This document shows, piece after piece, positions 46,912 through 55,775 of a stretch of DNA of 64,000 nt. This stretch comes from a virus: the IMG/VR virus record IMGVR_UViG_3300031975_001631; one strand, given 5' to 3'. How positions within the stretch are numbered: the first letter of the stretch is position 1; each line of letters begins with the position of its first letter. The notes beneath the pieces are model-generated. The model had not been told where the DNA came from and did no database searches. It was given only the letters and a program-made list of their open reading frames with translations. A program made the translations under genes and the position numbers.

Positions 46912-47683
46912 AGTGGCGATGTTGTGGAACTGCATTGACATTCATCACTACAACATCAGCACATATTTTTCTATAAGGGCTGCGTGGGTGAAAAGAAATT
47001 CCTGCCTTCATTAATTCTCCACAATTCTTCAAACGAGCAAGCTCAAAGTCCAATCTTTTATTGGCAAGTTGTTGTTTCATTAATGCAGTATTGGTATCTG
47101 CAGCTGCTTTACAACGCTCTTGTAATCCACCATCAAGTGGGAAAGAGAGTGTTGCAGATAAACCAATACTGGTACTATAATTTCTAGTGTCACCAGTTCT
47201 TACTGGTTTATCCCACAACTTAGAACCGGGATTATCTGGAATACCATCACCTTGCATTTCCATAACTGTGATAGTCATATCTTGACCATCTTCATATGCT
47301 CTTACTGTCTCACCATCTGAGTTTGTATATGTTTTATCATTGTAATGCGATTCCCAAGGCCAATTCTTTACATTCTTTTGAACTTCTACTAGTCTTCCAT
47401 CAAAATCTCTATTGTCATACTGAGGTTCATAGTAATGTGTCTCAAATGGATCCTTCTCATTACGAGCATGAGTAATGAATGGTGTGATATTAGCAGTCGG
47501 TCCTTGACATGCGATACCACCACCATATTGGTTGGTTATATATGGTCCTTGTAAGACCTGAATAGCTTGGTTGGTCACTGAGCCTGAGCTATTCGCGATT
47601 GGGTTTGCAGTTGCACTTACACCCCCTACATTGGCATGTGCAGGTGTTGTTAAGAATATTGCTGCTACTGCGTAAAGATACTT
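46682..47683 (-). CDS. Signal-peptide-bearing hypothetical protein; start codon unresolved (frame open to ATG 47956)
   Basis: KYLYAVAAIFLTTPAHA-NVGGVSATANPIANSSGSVTNQAIQ begins at AAG 47683, overlapping the upstream stop; C-terminal coiled coil RLDFELARLKNCGEL. Confidence 0.65.
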   Translation of the reverse strand, partial: KYLYAVAAIFLTTPAHANVGGVSATANPIANSSGSVTNQAIQVLQGPYITNQYGGGIACQGPTANITPFITHARNEKDPFETHYYEPQYDNRDFDGRLVEVQKNVKNWPWESHYNDKTYTNSDGETVRAYEDGQDMTITVMEMQGDGIPDNPGSKLWDKPVRTGDTRNYSTSIGLSATLSFPLDGGLQERCKAAADTNTALMKQQLANKRLDFELARLKNCGELMKAGISFHPRSPYRKICADVVVMNVNAVPQHRHSIPSVSVPTVKSLSPGSDPVAPPSSQTQTIPGTSYPVRQQSSSQPSSLQVSPLLTKDQQEVLRATQRSSQLQQLRR

Positions 47684-48159
47684 GTGGTGTCGGTGACGCT
47701 GGTAACCTCTGTGACTCTTTGAATTACTGTTTGATTTGACACTCCTGGTCCGCTGTAAGTTTGGGTGAACTGAAAAGCCTCTCCAGGAGTTGTTATCTGA
47801 AAATTCTGATTGGATAGATTTAGAGCCGAGTTGGTGCTCGTTATCTGCCCTTCCGTACCCCCTAAAGGATTGACGATTACAGAATTTGTTGTTGGTGTTG
47901 GACTTAATGATTGACCACCACTGTCCACATTCGTTCCACTTACTGAATACTGCCATCCTGTTGCATAATCTATAGAGTTAATAGTTTCAGTCACCTTCGA
48001 TGTTGTCTCAGTGTGACTGGTCATTGAGCCCTGGGTGAAGTTTGGGACTACTGGAACTGCTTTTGCTTGCCCAGAAGACATCGCAATGAGAACAACAACG
48101 GCAAAAAGAGGTGCCTTTACAATTTGAGCAAAGACATCCCTTTTGATTAGGAAATCCAT
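47665..48159 (-). CDS. Secreted Thr/Ser-rich hypothetical protein
   Basis: Hydrophobic signal ending AKA-VPVVPNFTQGS. Confidence 0.75.
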   Translation of the reverse strand: MDFLIKRDVFAQIVKAPLFAVVVLIAMSSGQAKAVPVVPNFTQGSMTSHTETTSKVTETINSIDYATGWQYSVSGTNVDSGGQSLSPTPTTNSVIVNPLGGTEGQITSTNSALNLSNQNFQITTPGEAFQFTQTYSGPGVSNQTVIQRVTEVTSVTDTTSIFTQ

Positions 48160-48171
48160 AACTAAGTTCCA

Positions 48172-48675
48172 TTAATCAATTACCGTAATTTCACTTACAA
48201 ATTGACCAATTGCCGTACTGCCAGCTCCACCAGCCGTCACGGTTAGAGCACCCGAAGTACCTACAGTACCTGCTAGAGTTCCAGCAACACCCGCAGTGTA
48301 AGAAGTTACACTAGAGAAATTAGGAACATCACCTACAGTAGGAGCAGCAGTTGGGATTGCATCGCCTTGAAGGTAAGAGGTACTAAAGGAGAATGCTTCT
48401 CCGTTTGTTGCCGAAAGTTGATTTGCTGAAATAGTGCCAGGAGAATATACCCCACTGGTGATTGTGCCACTTGAAAGCATACCAGCAGTTGTTCCATCTG
48501 AGGTGCCAACATTTGAACCAGAGACACTATACTGAGACCCTAATCTTGTTGCTGAACTTCTAGCAGCATCAACAGTTAGTTGGACACTAGAAGACATTTT
48601 ATGAACTAATCCGCCAGCGTTTGCTACACTAGCGGTCATCAATAACATTCCAAAAGCTAGTAAAGCTTTCTTCAT
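48172..48675 (-). CDS. Secreted Gly/Ser/Thr-rich hypothetical protein (start MKKALLAFG)
   Basis: Classic Sec signal MKKALLAFGMLLMTASVANA; the track's longer start lies inside the tRNA. Confidence 0.78.
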   Translation of the reverse strand: MKKALLAFGMLLMTASVANAGGLVHKMSSSVQLTVDAARSSATRLGSQYSVSGSNVGTSDGTTAGMLSSGTITSGVYSPGTISANQLSATNGEAFSFSTSYLQGDAIPTAAPTVGDVPNFSSVTSYTAGVAGTLAGTVGTSGALTVTAGGAGSTAIGQFVSEITVID

Positions 48676-48705
48676 TTTTTTGAATGTAGGTGAACCTACA
48701 ATATA

Positions 48706-48789
48706 TAGGAGTAGAGAGACTTGAACTCTCACGACCATGAGGTCAACAGATTTTAAGTCTGGTGCGTCTACCTATTCCGCCACACTCCC
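48706..48789 (-). tRNA. trnL: tRNA-Leu(UAA), CCA not encoded
   Basis: GGGAGTGTGGCGGAATAGGTAGACGC-ACCAGA-CTTAAAA-TCTGT..., long variable arm, GTTCAAGT T-loop and acceptor 3' strand TACTCCT-A. Confidence 0.95.
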
Positions 48790-48797
48790 AAACCAAT

Positions 48798-49607
48798 TCA
48801 AATGTCATAGTAAAAGTATTGCCGACCGTATCTAGGGACATCAGTTAACCAACCATTCTTGGTAATCAGTCCACTTTGACTAGAAGTTCTAAACTTATTA
48901 ATCATAGTTTCATCTTCACCATCCCACTCCCATTGTGTGCATGCATCTACAGTTAGAATTGGAATTCCACATGAATATGATGTCATATGAAGAAATCCGT
49001 TATGCCACATATCGAAGGGAATAAAAGATGGATCATCTTCAGAAACCTTTGCACCATTTGTAGCATGAAAAATAATTGATACTTCAGGAATATCAGAATA
49101 TTCTGTGGTCAATGGCTTCCTACCTATTTCATGATATCCCCAAAAATCATTACATATCAAACTAGCAATATTTTGATTATAACCTATTTCAATTAGAGTA
49201 ATGGGATCCAGGATAGGATCTCTACCCAAACAATTTTCACCATCACAAACAAATGTCTTATTTGTTGATCCAACAAAATTTCCATAAGCATTATAATGTC
49301 TAATTTGATTTCTATTTACATTGCCAATAACCTCGTTTTCTTCAAAAAATGTTCCTAAATGTAAGTTTATCTTAGCATCTTTCTGTGCCTTTTCTACCTC
49401 TTTTAATGCATCAGCAAGTTCTTCCTTGTTGTAAGTCCATCCACTGTGATATCCAGACAAGGCACATTCTGGTGTCAATAGATGATCTACTTTATTTTCC
49501 TTTGCCCAATCAATAGATTTAAGAATCTCTTTTTTGTTATACTGAATATTTGTGGATACTGGAATTTGAGCAGCTGCAAATCTCATAGTTTCAAGAGCCT
49601 TCTTCAT
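48798..49607 (-). CDS. Carbon-nitrogen hydrolase (nitrilase superfamily)
   Basis: FAAAQ, LLTPECALSGY (Glu), NKTF (Lys) and LICNDFW (Cys) form the E-K-C triad. Confidence 0.85.
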   Translation of the reverse strand: MKKALETMRFAAAQIPVSTNIQYNKKEILKSIDWAKENKVDHLLTPECALSGYHSGWTYNKEELADALKEVEKAQKDAKINLHLGTFFEENEVIGNVNRNQIRHYNAYGNFVGSTNKTFVCDGENCLGRDPILDPITLIEIGYNQNIASLICNDFWGYHEIGRKPLTTEYSDIPEVSIIFHATNGAKVSEDDPSFIPFDMWHNGFLHMTSYSCGIPILTVDACTQWEWDGEDETMINKFRTSSQSGLITKNGWLTDVPRYGRQYFYYDI

Positions 49608-49716
49608 GATTAGTGTACATTTCTTTTAGATCATTATCATCATCATCAGGAAACTCAAAGATTCCTGATGCATCATCTGTAGGTGGAATTTCTTTCTTCT
49701 CTTCAGGGTCTTGCAT
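49591..49716 (-). CDS. Small acidic ORF (41 aa)
   Basis: Hand-translated MQDPEEKKEIPPTDDASGIFEFPDDDDNDLKEMYTNHEEGS; fills the gap between talC and the hydrolase. Confidence 0.4.
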   Translation of the reverse strand: MQDPEEKKEIPPTDDASGIFEFPDDDDNDLKEMYTNHEEGS

Positions 49717-50356
49717 TTTGTACAGCCTCCCAATCTTTGTCGAAGATTTCTAGACCTTTATCGGTCAGAATGTGATTATACATCTTTTCAAAGACTGATG
49801 GTGGCATTGTTACAACATCAGCACCATTATACCAAGACCGAACTGCACGATGAACTTCACGGATAGAAGCAGCAAGAACTTGGGTCTTCATACCATGAAT
49901 ACGATACAACTCTGAAATTGAACGAACAACTTCAAGACCAGCAATAGATTGATCATCAAGACGACCAACAAAAGGAGAAACATAAGTTGCTCCTGCTTTA
50001 GCTGCAAGGATACCTTGAGCAGCATTAAAGATCAAAGTAACATTTGTCCTGATACCTTTGCCAGAAAGATAATTACAAATCAAAAGACCCTCTGGGGTAC
50101 AGGGTAGTTTAATAGTGCAACAATCACCAAACTTTCCAGAAAGACGCAGTGCCTCAGAAGTCATCTCTTCTTGAGTGCCAACAACCTCCATACTGATATC
50201 TTTGATGCCAATATCACGAAGCTCTTCGTAAACCTTTTCAGGATCACGACCACTCTTCATAATCAAAGATGGATTAGTTGTTACCCCATCAATCAAACCC
50301 GTAAGGTAGTGTTTTTGGATTACTTTTGTGTCAGCTGTGTCAAGAAAGATCTTCAT
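49703..50356 (-). CDS. talC: Transaldolase TalC
   Basis: MKIFLDTAD, DGVTTNPSLI, IKLP, TNVTLIF, YVSPFVGRLDD and LAASIR. Confidence 0.97.
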   Translation of the reverse strand: MKIFLDTADTKVIQKHYLTGLIDGVTTNPSLIMKSGRDPEKVYEELRDIGIKDISMEVVGTQEEMTSEALRLSGKFGDCCTIKLPCTPEGLLICNYLSGKGIRTNVTLIFNAAQGILAAKAGATYVSPFVGRLDDQSIAGLEVVRSISELYRIHGMKTQVLAASIREVHRAVRSWYNGADVVTMPPSVFEKMYNHILTDKGLEIFDKDWEAVQNARP

Positions 50357-50374
50357 AATCTGAGAAATACTGGT

Positions 50375-50731
50375 TTATTTAGCGGTAGTTACAATGGGAT
50401 CTACCCAAAGAATTGCTTCTTCAGGAAGAAATGCTTGACACATTTCAAGCACACGCATGAACTCATCAGGAGTATCACACTCTAGAGTTTTTGAATTATC
50501 CTTATCTGAGACACAGGCAAACCGACGCTTGCACATATCAACAACAACGCACTCGATGTATTCATCGTTTTGAGACTCAAAATGCTCGTCCGCAAAACTG
50601 TACTCGTCTGTCATTAGGATGACCTTGGTTACCTGAATATTATAGCAGGATATCCTCAGGTTGGGAAGATTACAGATCCAGTTTCTAGACTGTCCACTCT
50701 GGGTTTCTTCTATCGTAATCCCACCCACCAA
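50375..50731 (-). CDS. Hypothetical protein (true start probably internal, MTDEYSF)
   Basis: ORF track; the N-terminal extension overlaps the upstream gene. Confidence 0.65.
   Translation of the reverse strand: MVGGITIEETQSGQSRNWICNLPNLRISCYNIQVTKVILMTDEYSFADEHFESQNDEYIECVVVDMCKRRFACVSDKDNSKTLECDTPDEFMRVLEMCQAFLPEEAILWVDPIVTTAK
50376..50382 (-). promoter_or_regulatory. Late-promoter-like CTAAATA upstream of talC
   Basis: CTAAATA 20 nt before the ATG. Confidence 0.5.
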
Positions 50732-51485
50732 CTAAGAAGTTGTGATTGCCACCAGGATAATCATCGGGATCTTTTCCATCGTAAACGACGGTAAGCTTTT
50801 CATCATGATTCATTGGGTTCAACCATCTTGCAACCCATACATGATAAAAACAATCAATTGGTTTATCATCTGCTTCCTTCACAACTATCTTTTCACTATC
50901 GATTTCCGTTACATTTAAATGGAAATGTCTGTCACCAATAGGTTGTAATTGAACACTGATACTATCATAATCTACCAGACCATCCCAATACTCTGGCAAT
51001 TCAATTACATTACTATCTTTAAGTCTTCCACGAATGTATATACCCGCTTCTGGTCCTTCAGTAATAATATGACGAATTCGTTTTCCTTTCTCTTTTACAT
51101 GAGGAATATCAAAGTTAGCAATTAATTTATTACCACTTGCAACTCCATTGACATTTCCGGTCAATGGTCCAACAAATGATGTTGCAGATACAACTCCAGT
51201 AACGCCCACCGCACCAACAATAGTTGTAGCAGCATTAATTTTAACTATTCCATTAAGTGTAGTTGCACCAGCAACAGTCAATGTTCCTGATGGTTTCTTC
51301 TTCTCTAAGGGATCGATGGCAATAATAACATTGCCCGTGATTAAAATCTCACTAGTTCCTAAAATAGGACCAGTGACTACTGCTCCTGCTTGACACTCAA
51401 GGCTTTGTGAAAATGATGCTGGAAGTCCATGCACAGTTCCTTTAGAACCATTTCTTAAGGTTGTAGTAATTGCATTATTTGTCAT
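50685..51485 (-). CDS. Tail spike/fibre-associated protein
   Basis: Beta-repeat N-terminal half, then FDIPH...RIRH...EGPE.G.Y.RG.....IELPEYWDGLVD...VQL, a domain common at phage tail-protein C-termini; downstream of gp5. Confidence 0.65.
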   Translation of the reverse strand: MTNNAITTTLRNGSKGTVHGLPASFSQSLECQAGAVVTGPILGTSEILITGNVIIAIDPLEKKKPSGTLTVAGATTLNGIVKINAATTIVGAVGVTGVVSATSFVGPLTGNVNGVASGNKLIANFDIPHVKEKGKRIRHIITEGPEAGIYIRGRLKDSNVIELPEYWDGLVDYDSISVQLQPIGDRHFHLNVTEIDSEKIVVKEADDKPIDCFYHVWVARWLNPMNHDEKLTVVYDGKDPDDYPGGNHNFLVGGWDYDRRNPEWTV

Positions 51486-52171
51486 TAGAAGAACCCTCCG
51501 AGAACAGATTTAACAGCACCACCAGCTACTCCACCAATACCTGTAGAAGAAATAACACTGTCAGCAACAAATCCACCTAGATTACCACCCGTAGCAGCAC
51601 CAAATGCTGCCTTACCGATGCCAAGAATGCTTGGAGATGCAAATGGACCTAATGCAGATTCAACTAAGTCTCCAGGGACAAATGATCCTGCAAACATCTT
51701 CATACCAAAAGTATTAACAATGCCATTACCCCTCTTACCCTCAACATTAACCGTATTTGCTTTATATAAGATTCTCTGACCAGCAGTAACATTGACATTT
51801 CTCCCTGCATGGAGATCAATATCTTGAGTTGCCTCCATCATAATATTTTTAGCATTGACTCTAACAGATCCGTTACTAGCAGTAATAGTAACATCGCCAT
51901 TAGCAGCACTAACTCTAATATCAATGATGTGTGGATTGTTTTTGTCACCAGCACGAACTTCTAAAGTCTTTTCTGCTGCGATTCTAGTTAATCCACCTTG
52001 ACTGTGGGAAATTAGAAACGAGTCATCATTATCATTTACGGCATATACTTTACATACCTCAGCACCAGTTGATCCCACCAAAGGATCACCAGAAACAATC
52101 CTAAAGTGAGCTCCTCTAGAGTCAATAACTCTTCTATTATAATTTTTTGGTTTAGCAGCCATTACACACAA
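51485..52171 (-). CDS. gp5 C-terminal-like beta-helix spike protein
   Basis: Ig/beta-helix-like repeats (GDVTITASNGSVRVNAKNI...DIDLHAG.NVNVTAG); follows the gp5 N-domain gene. Confidence 0.55.
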   Translation of the reverse strand: MCVMAAKPKNYNRRVIDSRGAHFRIVSGDPLVGSTGAEVCKVYAVNDNDDSFLISHSQGGLTRIAAEKTLEVRAGDKNNPHIIDIRVSAANGDVTITASNGSVRVNAKNIMMEATQDIDLHAGRNVNVTAGQRILYKANTVNVEGKRGNGIVNTFGMKMFAGSFVPGDLVESALGPFASPSILGIGKAAFGAATGGNLGGFVADSVISSTGIGGVAGGAVKSVLGGFF

Positions 52172-54255
52172 TCGATTGCAGAAATAATACCAACTTGACG
52201 ATCTGTTGGGAACGAACCAAATACGGGTCTAAGAATAGCCCCACTTCCAGTTTCACTTAGAACTTTTAGTTCAGGTAAAGTTTCATCATACCTGAAAATA
52301 TTTAGAACCTTAACATCAAGGATTTCTCCCTCATCACCAACAACAATCTCATAGATTGGTGCAGAAGATCCGATACCCACACCACCAGGAGGACCAACGG
52401 GATCATCACCATCGAATACAATATCAGGACCTTCGGGAAGATTAATTATAAAAGTACCATCTTCAGAAATTCCTGGGATTGTGACGGGATCTCCAGGTGT
52501 ATATCCACTTCCAGGATTGGTAACAATAATATCTGTAATCCCCTCAGAACCTCTTGGGTCCGAAGGAACAGTTTCTGGATAGTTTTCTCCGGGAGTAATT
52601 ATAACAATAGCGACAACTTTATCACTATCTTCTCCCTTGCCAAGAATAGCTTGACCGGTAGCACCATATCCAAAACTACACTTATCTCTAAAGTTTACCA
52701 TGGGCGGATATCTATACCCTGATCCCTTATTTTTCATCTGAACGCCGATGATACTAGCTGTTCTTTGAATACCAGCAGTGATACCACCAAGTCCAACATT
52801 ATCTACAAAATAACCCATGATAACTTCACCTGCTGCACCAAATCCACCTCCACCAAAGATTTCAACATAAGGACCAGTACAGTTTTGAGATGGACCGCCA
52901 TAGCACCCACCAGATACAATATTATTACTAGAATCGCTTAACAATCCACCATCATCAAATATATCCCACTTACCCCACTGTCGTTCAAAATCATTGGTTA
53001 GATTAGCAGCACCTTTTGATATCTTAAGGGCATTCATAACATAGTCAAAAGGATCTTCTCCTTTCTCTTTGCTGCTACCACCAACAACATATTCTTTATC
53101 TTGTGGACACTTACCACCGTTGTTTTGATTACAATCAAGGAATGATGCAACGGTATTTAAATTACTACTAACGCTTGATAAGAAATCTGCAACTTTAAAT
53201 CCAGGAGCGATAATCTTAGATACAGCATCAAGAGGTTTCGACATAGCATCTTCAATTTCATCCAGAATTGCTCCAACAAAAGCACCAGTAAACTGTGCTC
53301 CCATACATCCAGCATAGTTTCTTCCACTATCAATGAGATCAAAAAGTAAATCTTCGATAGTACCAGATAAACCTTCTACAGCTTTATTTGCAGCACATCC
53401 AATTGCTGATTGTAAAAAAGAAACTGGAGACAACAGTGCAGTTTGTGCAGCAACACCAGCAGCATGAGCGATAATTGCAGATTGAGTTGCAGCAAGAACT
53501 TTAGCGTAAACTGCAGCATATAAAGCTTTAAGACCTTGTTGTCCTAAACCTTCTAATTTATCAAATAACTTTTCAATCATTGTGCCAACGAATCTGTTGG
53601 CTTGAACTTCAATAAGATCAGCTGCTAGTCTAACTTCATTAGATAAGTTAGTACCAGCAAGAGCAAGACTTTCTACTTTACTAGCAAGATTTTCTACTAC
53701 ATTTGCAATCTGACTAATAGGATTAGTTTGACAAGTATCAGCAGTTAGAACTTTTATTTTTGCTGCAGCAACATTGTCTGGTTTTGCAGTGTTTGGTGAT
53801 GTGTTAGGAGTTGGCTGTGATTCTTCGTTCTGTTCGTTTGTTTGTGATCTGGGTACTCTAGCACTTTCTGGGGTAGATTTTGTGTATGATCCAAACAGTT
53901 CCTCCACGAGTGAAGTTCTAGGAAATTGTCCTAGAATCATTGGGATTTGTTCTTCATCATCAAGAAAAAATCCAAAAACTAAATCATTCTGCTGAATTAC
54001 AGTGGACTGAGCATAATTTGCACCACCGGCACCAGAAGTTGTTGGTAAGATTGCACATGCATACGGCAATTCTTTATCAGGTATGTCACCCTCATTATCA
54101 TGAAGACCACAGACTCTAATTTTATACCTATTACTAAGTCCCTTACCATTAACTACTTGCTCTTCTTGAGCACTAATAGGAGCAACTCTTGCAATAAAGG
54201 GTTTAAATGGTAATTTAGTAGTATAGTTGTAAAATAAATTGCTAGCGTCTGTCAT
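52162..54255 (-). CDS. gp5: Baseplate hub subunit gp5 (OB-fold N-domain; no lysozyme domain seen)
   Basis: RYKIRVCGLH...LPYA...LPTT.GAG....V.GFFLD..EQ.PMILG is the gp5 OB-fold signature. Confidence 0.8.
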   Translation of the reverse strand: MTDASNLFYNYTTKLPFKPFIARVAPISAQEEQVVNGKGLSNRYKIRVCGLHDNEGDIPDKELPYACAILPTTSGAGGANYAQSTVIQQNDLVFGFFLDDEEQIPMILGQFPRTSLVEELFGSYTKSTPESARVPRSQTNEQNEESQPTPNTSPNTAKPDNVAAAKIKVLTADTCQTNPISQIANVVENLASKVESLALAGTNLSNEVRLAADLIEVQANRFVGTMIEKLFDKLEGLGQQGLKALYAAVYAKVLAATQSAIIAHAAGVAAQTALLSPVSFLQSAIGCAANKAVEGLSGTIEDLLFDLIDSGRNYAGCMGAQFTGAFVGAILDEIEDAMSKPLDAVSKIIAPGFKVADFLSSVSSNLNTVASFLDCNQNNGGKCPQDKEYVVGGSSKEKGEDPFDYVMNALKISKGAANLTNDFERQWGKWDIFDDGGLLSDSSNNIVSGGCYGGPSQNCTGPYVEIFGGGGFGAAGEVIMGYFVDNVGLGGITAGIQRTASIIGVQMKNKGSGYRYPPMVNFRDKCSFGYGATGQAILGKGEDSDKVVAIVIITPGENYPETVPSDPRGSEGITDIIVTNPGSGYTPGDPVTIPGISEDGTFIINLPEGPDIVFDGDDPVGPPGGVGIGSSAPIYEIVVGDEGEILDVKVLNIFRYDETLPELKVLSETGSGAILRPVFGSFPTDRQVGIISAIDCV

Positions 54256-54482
54256 CAGTCCTCGTAAATCCTACATTCATCTGCATCTGGTTCCATCTCA
54301 CAAAAAAGTTCTAATGCAGTAGGATCATGATGATCTCCTGCCTCAATTTCTTTTTTATGGTTTTCTGCATAGACTTCTAGCTCATGAAGTTCTCCCTCAA
54401 TGTGCCTCCGTTGATTTGGAGAAATCAGAGGATTATCAAGGATTTCTTTGTCCTTTGCAATGTGAGTTTCGATGTTTTTCAT
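54255..54482 (-). CDS. cp12: Calvin cycle inhibitor CP12
   Basis: C-terminal LELFCEMEPDADECRIYED; only the C-terminal Cys pair is present. Confidence 0.92.
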   Translation of the reverse strand: MKNIETHIAKDKEILDNPLISPNQRRHIEGELHELEVYAENHKKEIEAGDHHDPTALELFCEMEPDADECRIYED

Positions 54483-55775
54483 TTAACTTTTTGTTTTAAT
54501 TCCGGGATTGTCTTTAACCAACCGCATAGCCGTATATGACTTATTAGGGAAAAACTTATGGGTAATTTCCTTAATAATATATAGACCGCTTTGCCTACGG
54601 TCAATGTCAGGAGATTCACTTGATACTTTTGGGAACTCTAGATGTACAGCATCCCCAGCACATAAATTAGTGTTGACAGGAACCAGGATATGGCAATCAA
54701 TATTCGTAAAAGAGCTATATCTAGCAGCTGATTGACCAACAGAATCTAAGGGATTGTAAGCTCTGCTAGTAGATACTCCCACATCTAGAGTACCTACATT
54801 ATACATCCCAACGAAGGTTCTGGAGTTATTTGGGGGACTTTGTTTTGGATCGACAATTTTTGGTATAGGACTTTTTTCCCCCAATTTGGTCCCACCTTTT
54901 GGTTCAAATTTAGATACTGTTCGTGGAGTAGTCTCATAATTATATGGATCGATAAAAATACGATTTGAAGAATACTCTCCTTTAGATATCGACTCCGAAA
55001 GATCGATAGTTTTATTTACACGAAAATCAAGCAGTGATGTAGCTTGATATTTGGGATTTCTATGACCATCTTCAAAAGTTTGTCTATAGTAATATCTCTG
55101 AACGATTTTTTTGTTTTTTATCGCAGTTTTAGATAATCCATCCATGGATTTAAAGTTAAATCCTCTCTTTGTCTGCCAAAAGAAAAATCCTGCAGAATTA
55201 CTTTTAGCACCTACAGGAACTGCTCTAGCTGCTAACTTAATAGCCCACCAAAAAGGTAGTTTCATATTGCCAGTAAGAGGCCATACAGTTTCTGTTTGCT
55301 CAAAATCAACTGGTTGTGTTGGTTGCACTAATCCAATAATTTTTGACAGAGTTTTATCAATTGTCATACCTGTGTATTTTCTACTTACCCTGATTTGTCT
55401 TGCAGAAATTGCTTCTCTTGAAGTTAAATGTAAAACAAATCCCTCCATCTGTCGATTACTAATATAATTAGTGACTTTATCGACAACCATTGTATACTCA
55501 AATGATCCGGGTTTTTCAAAAATCGCATCAAATGGAGTTTTGATCTTAATATTTACCTGTTCTCCACCAATTATAGGTAATCCATGATATAGCCCTTGAC
55601 CATCGATAGTATTACCAGTATTTGAAATTACCGCCAGTGCTGTTACAATTGGTGAATATAGATCCTCAAAATATTGAAAATCAATCACACCATTAATAAT
55701 AGATACAGTCTTATCTTGTTCTTTCGATGTTATGTCAAATTTCTCATAGATTGATGCTCCAGTTGATGCAGACAT
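54483..55775 (-). CDS. Baseplate hub protein (gp27-like, putative)
   Basis: FQYFEDLYSP.VTA, LPI.GGE, FFFWQTKRGFNFKS.D.L, G.YII.EI.H.F; position upstream of gp5. Confidence 0.6.
   Translation of the reverse strand: MSASTGASIYEKFDITSKEQDKTVSIINGVIDFQYFEDLYSPIVTALAVISNTGNTIDGQGLYHGLPIIGGEQVNIKIKTPFDAIFEKPGSFEYTMVVDKVTNYISNRQMEGFVLHLTSREAISARQIRVSRKYTGMTIDKTLSKIIGLVQPTQPVDFEQTETVWPLTGNMKLPFWWAIKLAARAVPVGAKSNSAGFFFWQTKRGFNFKSMDGLSKTAIKNKKIVQRYYYRQTFEDGHRNPKYQATSLLDFRVNKTIDLSESISKGEYSSNRIFIDPYNYETTPRTVSKFEPKGGTKLGEKSPIPKIVDPKQSPPNNSRTFVGMYNVGTLDVGVSTSRAYNPLDSVGQSAARYSSFTNIDCHILVPVNTNLCAGDAVHLEFPKVSSESPDIDRRQSGLYIIKEITHKFFPNKSYTAMRLVKDNPGIKTKS

Noticed and set aside
48685-48700. Hairpin TGTAGG-TGAA-CCTACA next to the tRNA 3' end as a terminator or att site
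   Set aside because: There is no U-tract on the transcribed strand, no integrase and no duplicated tRNA 3' end in the window.
48676-48738. Track start of ORF 48172..48738
   Set aside because: It lies within tRNA-Leu; the signal peptide begins at ATG 48675.
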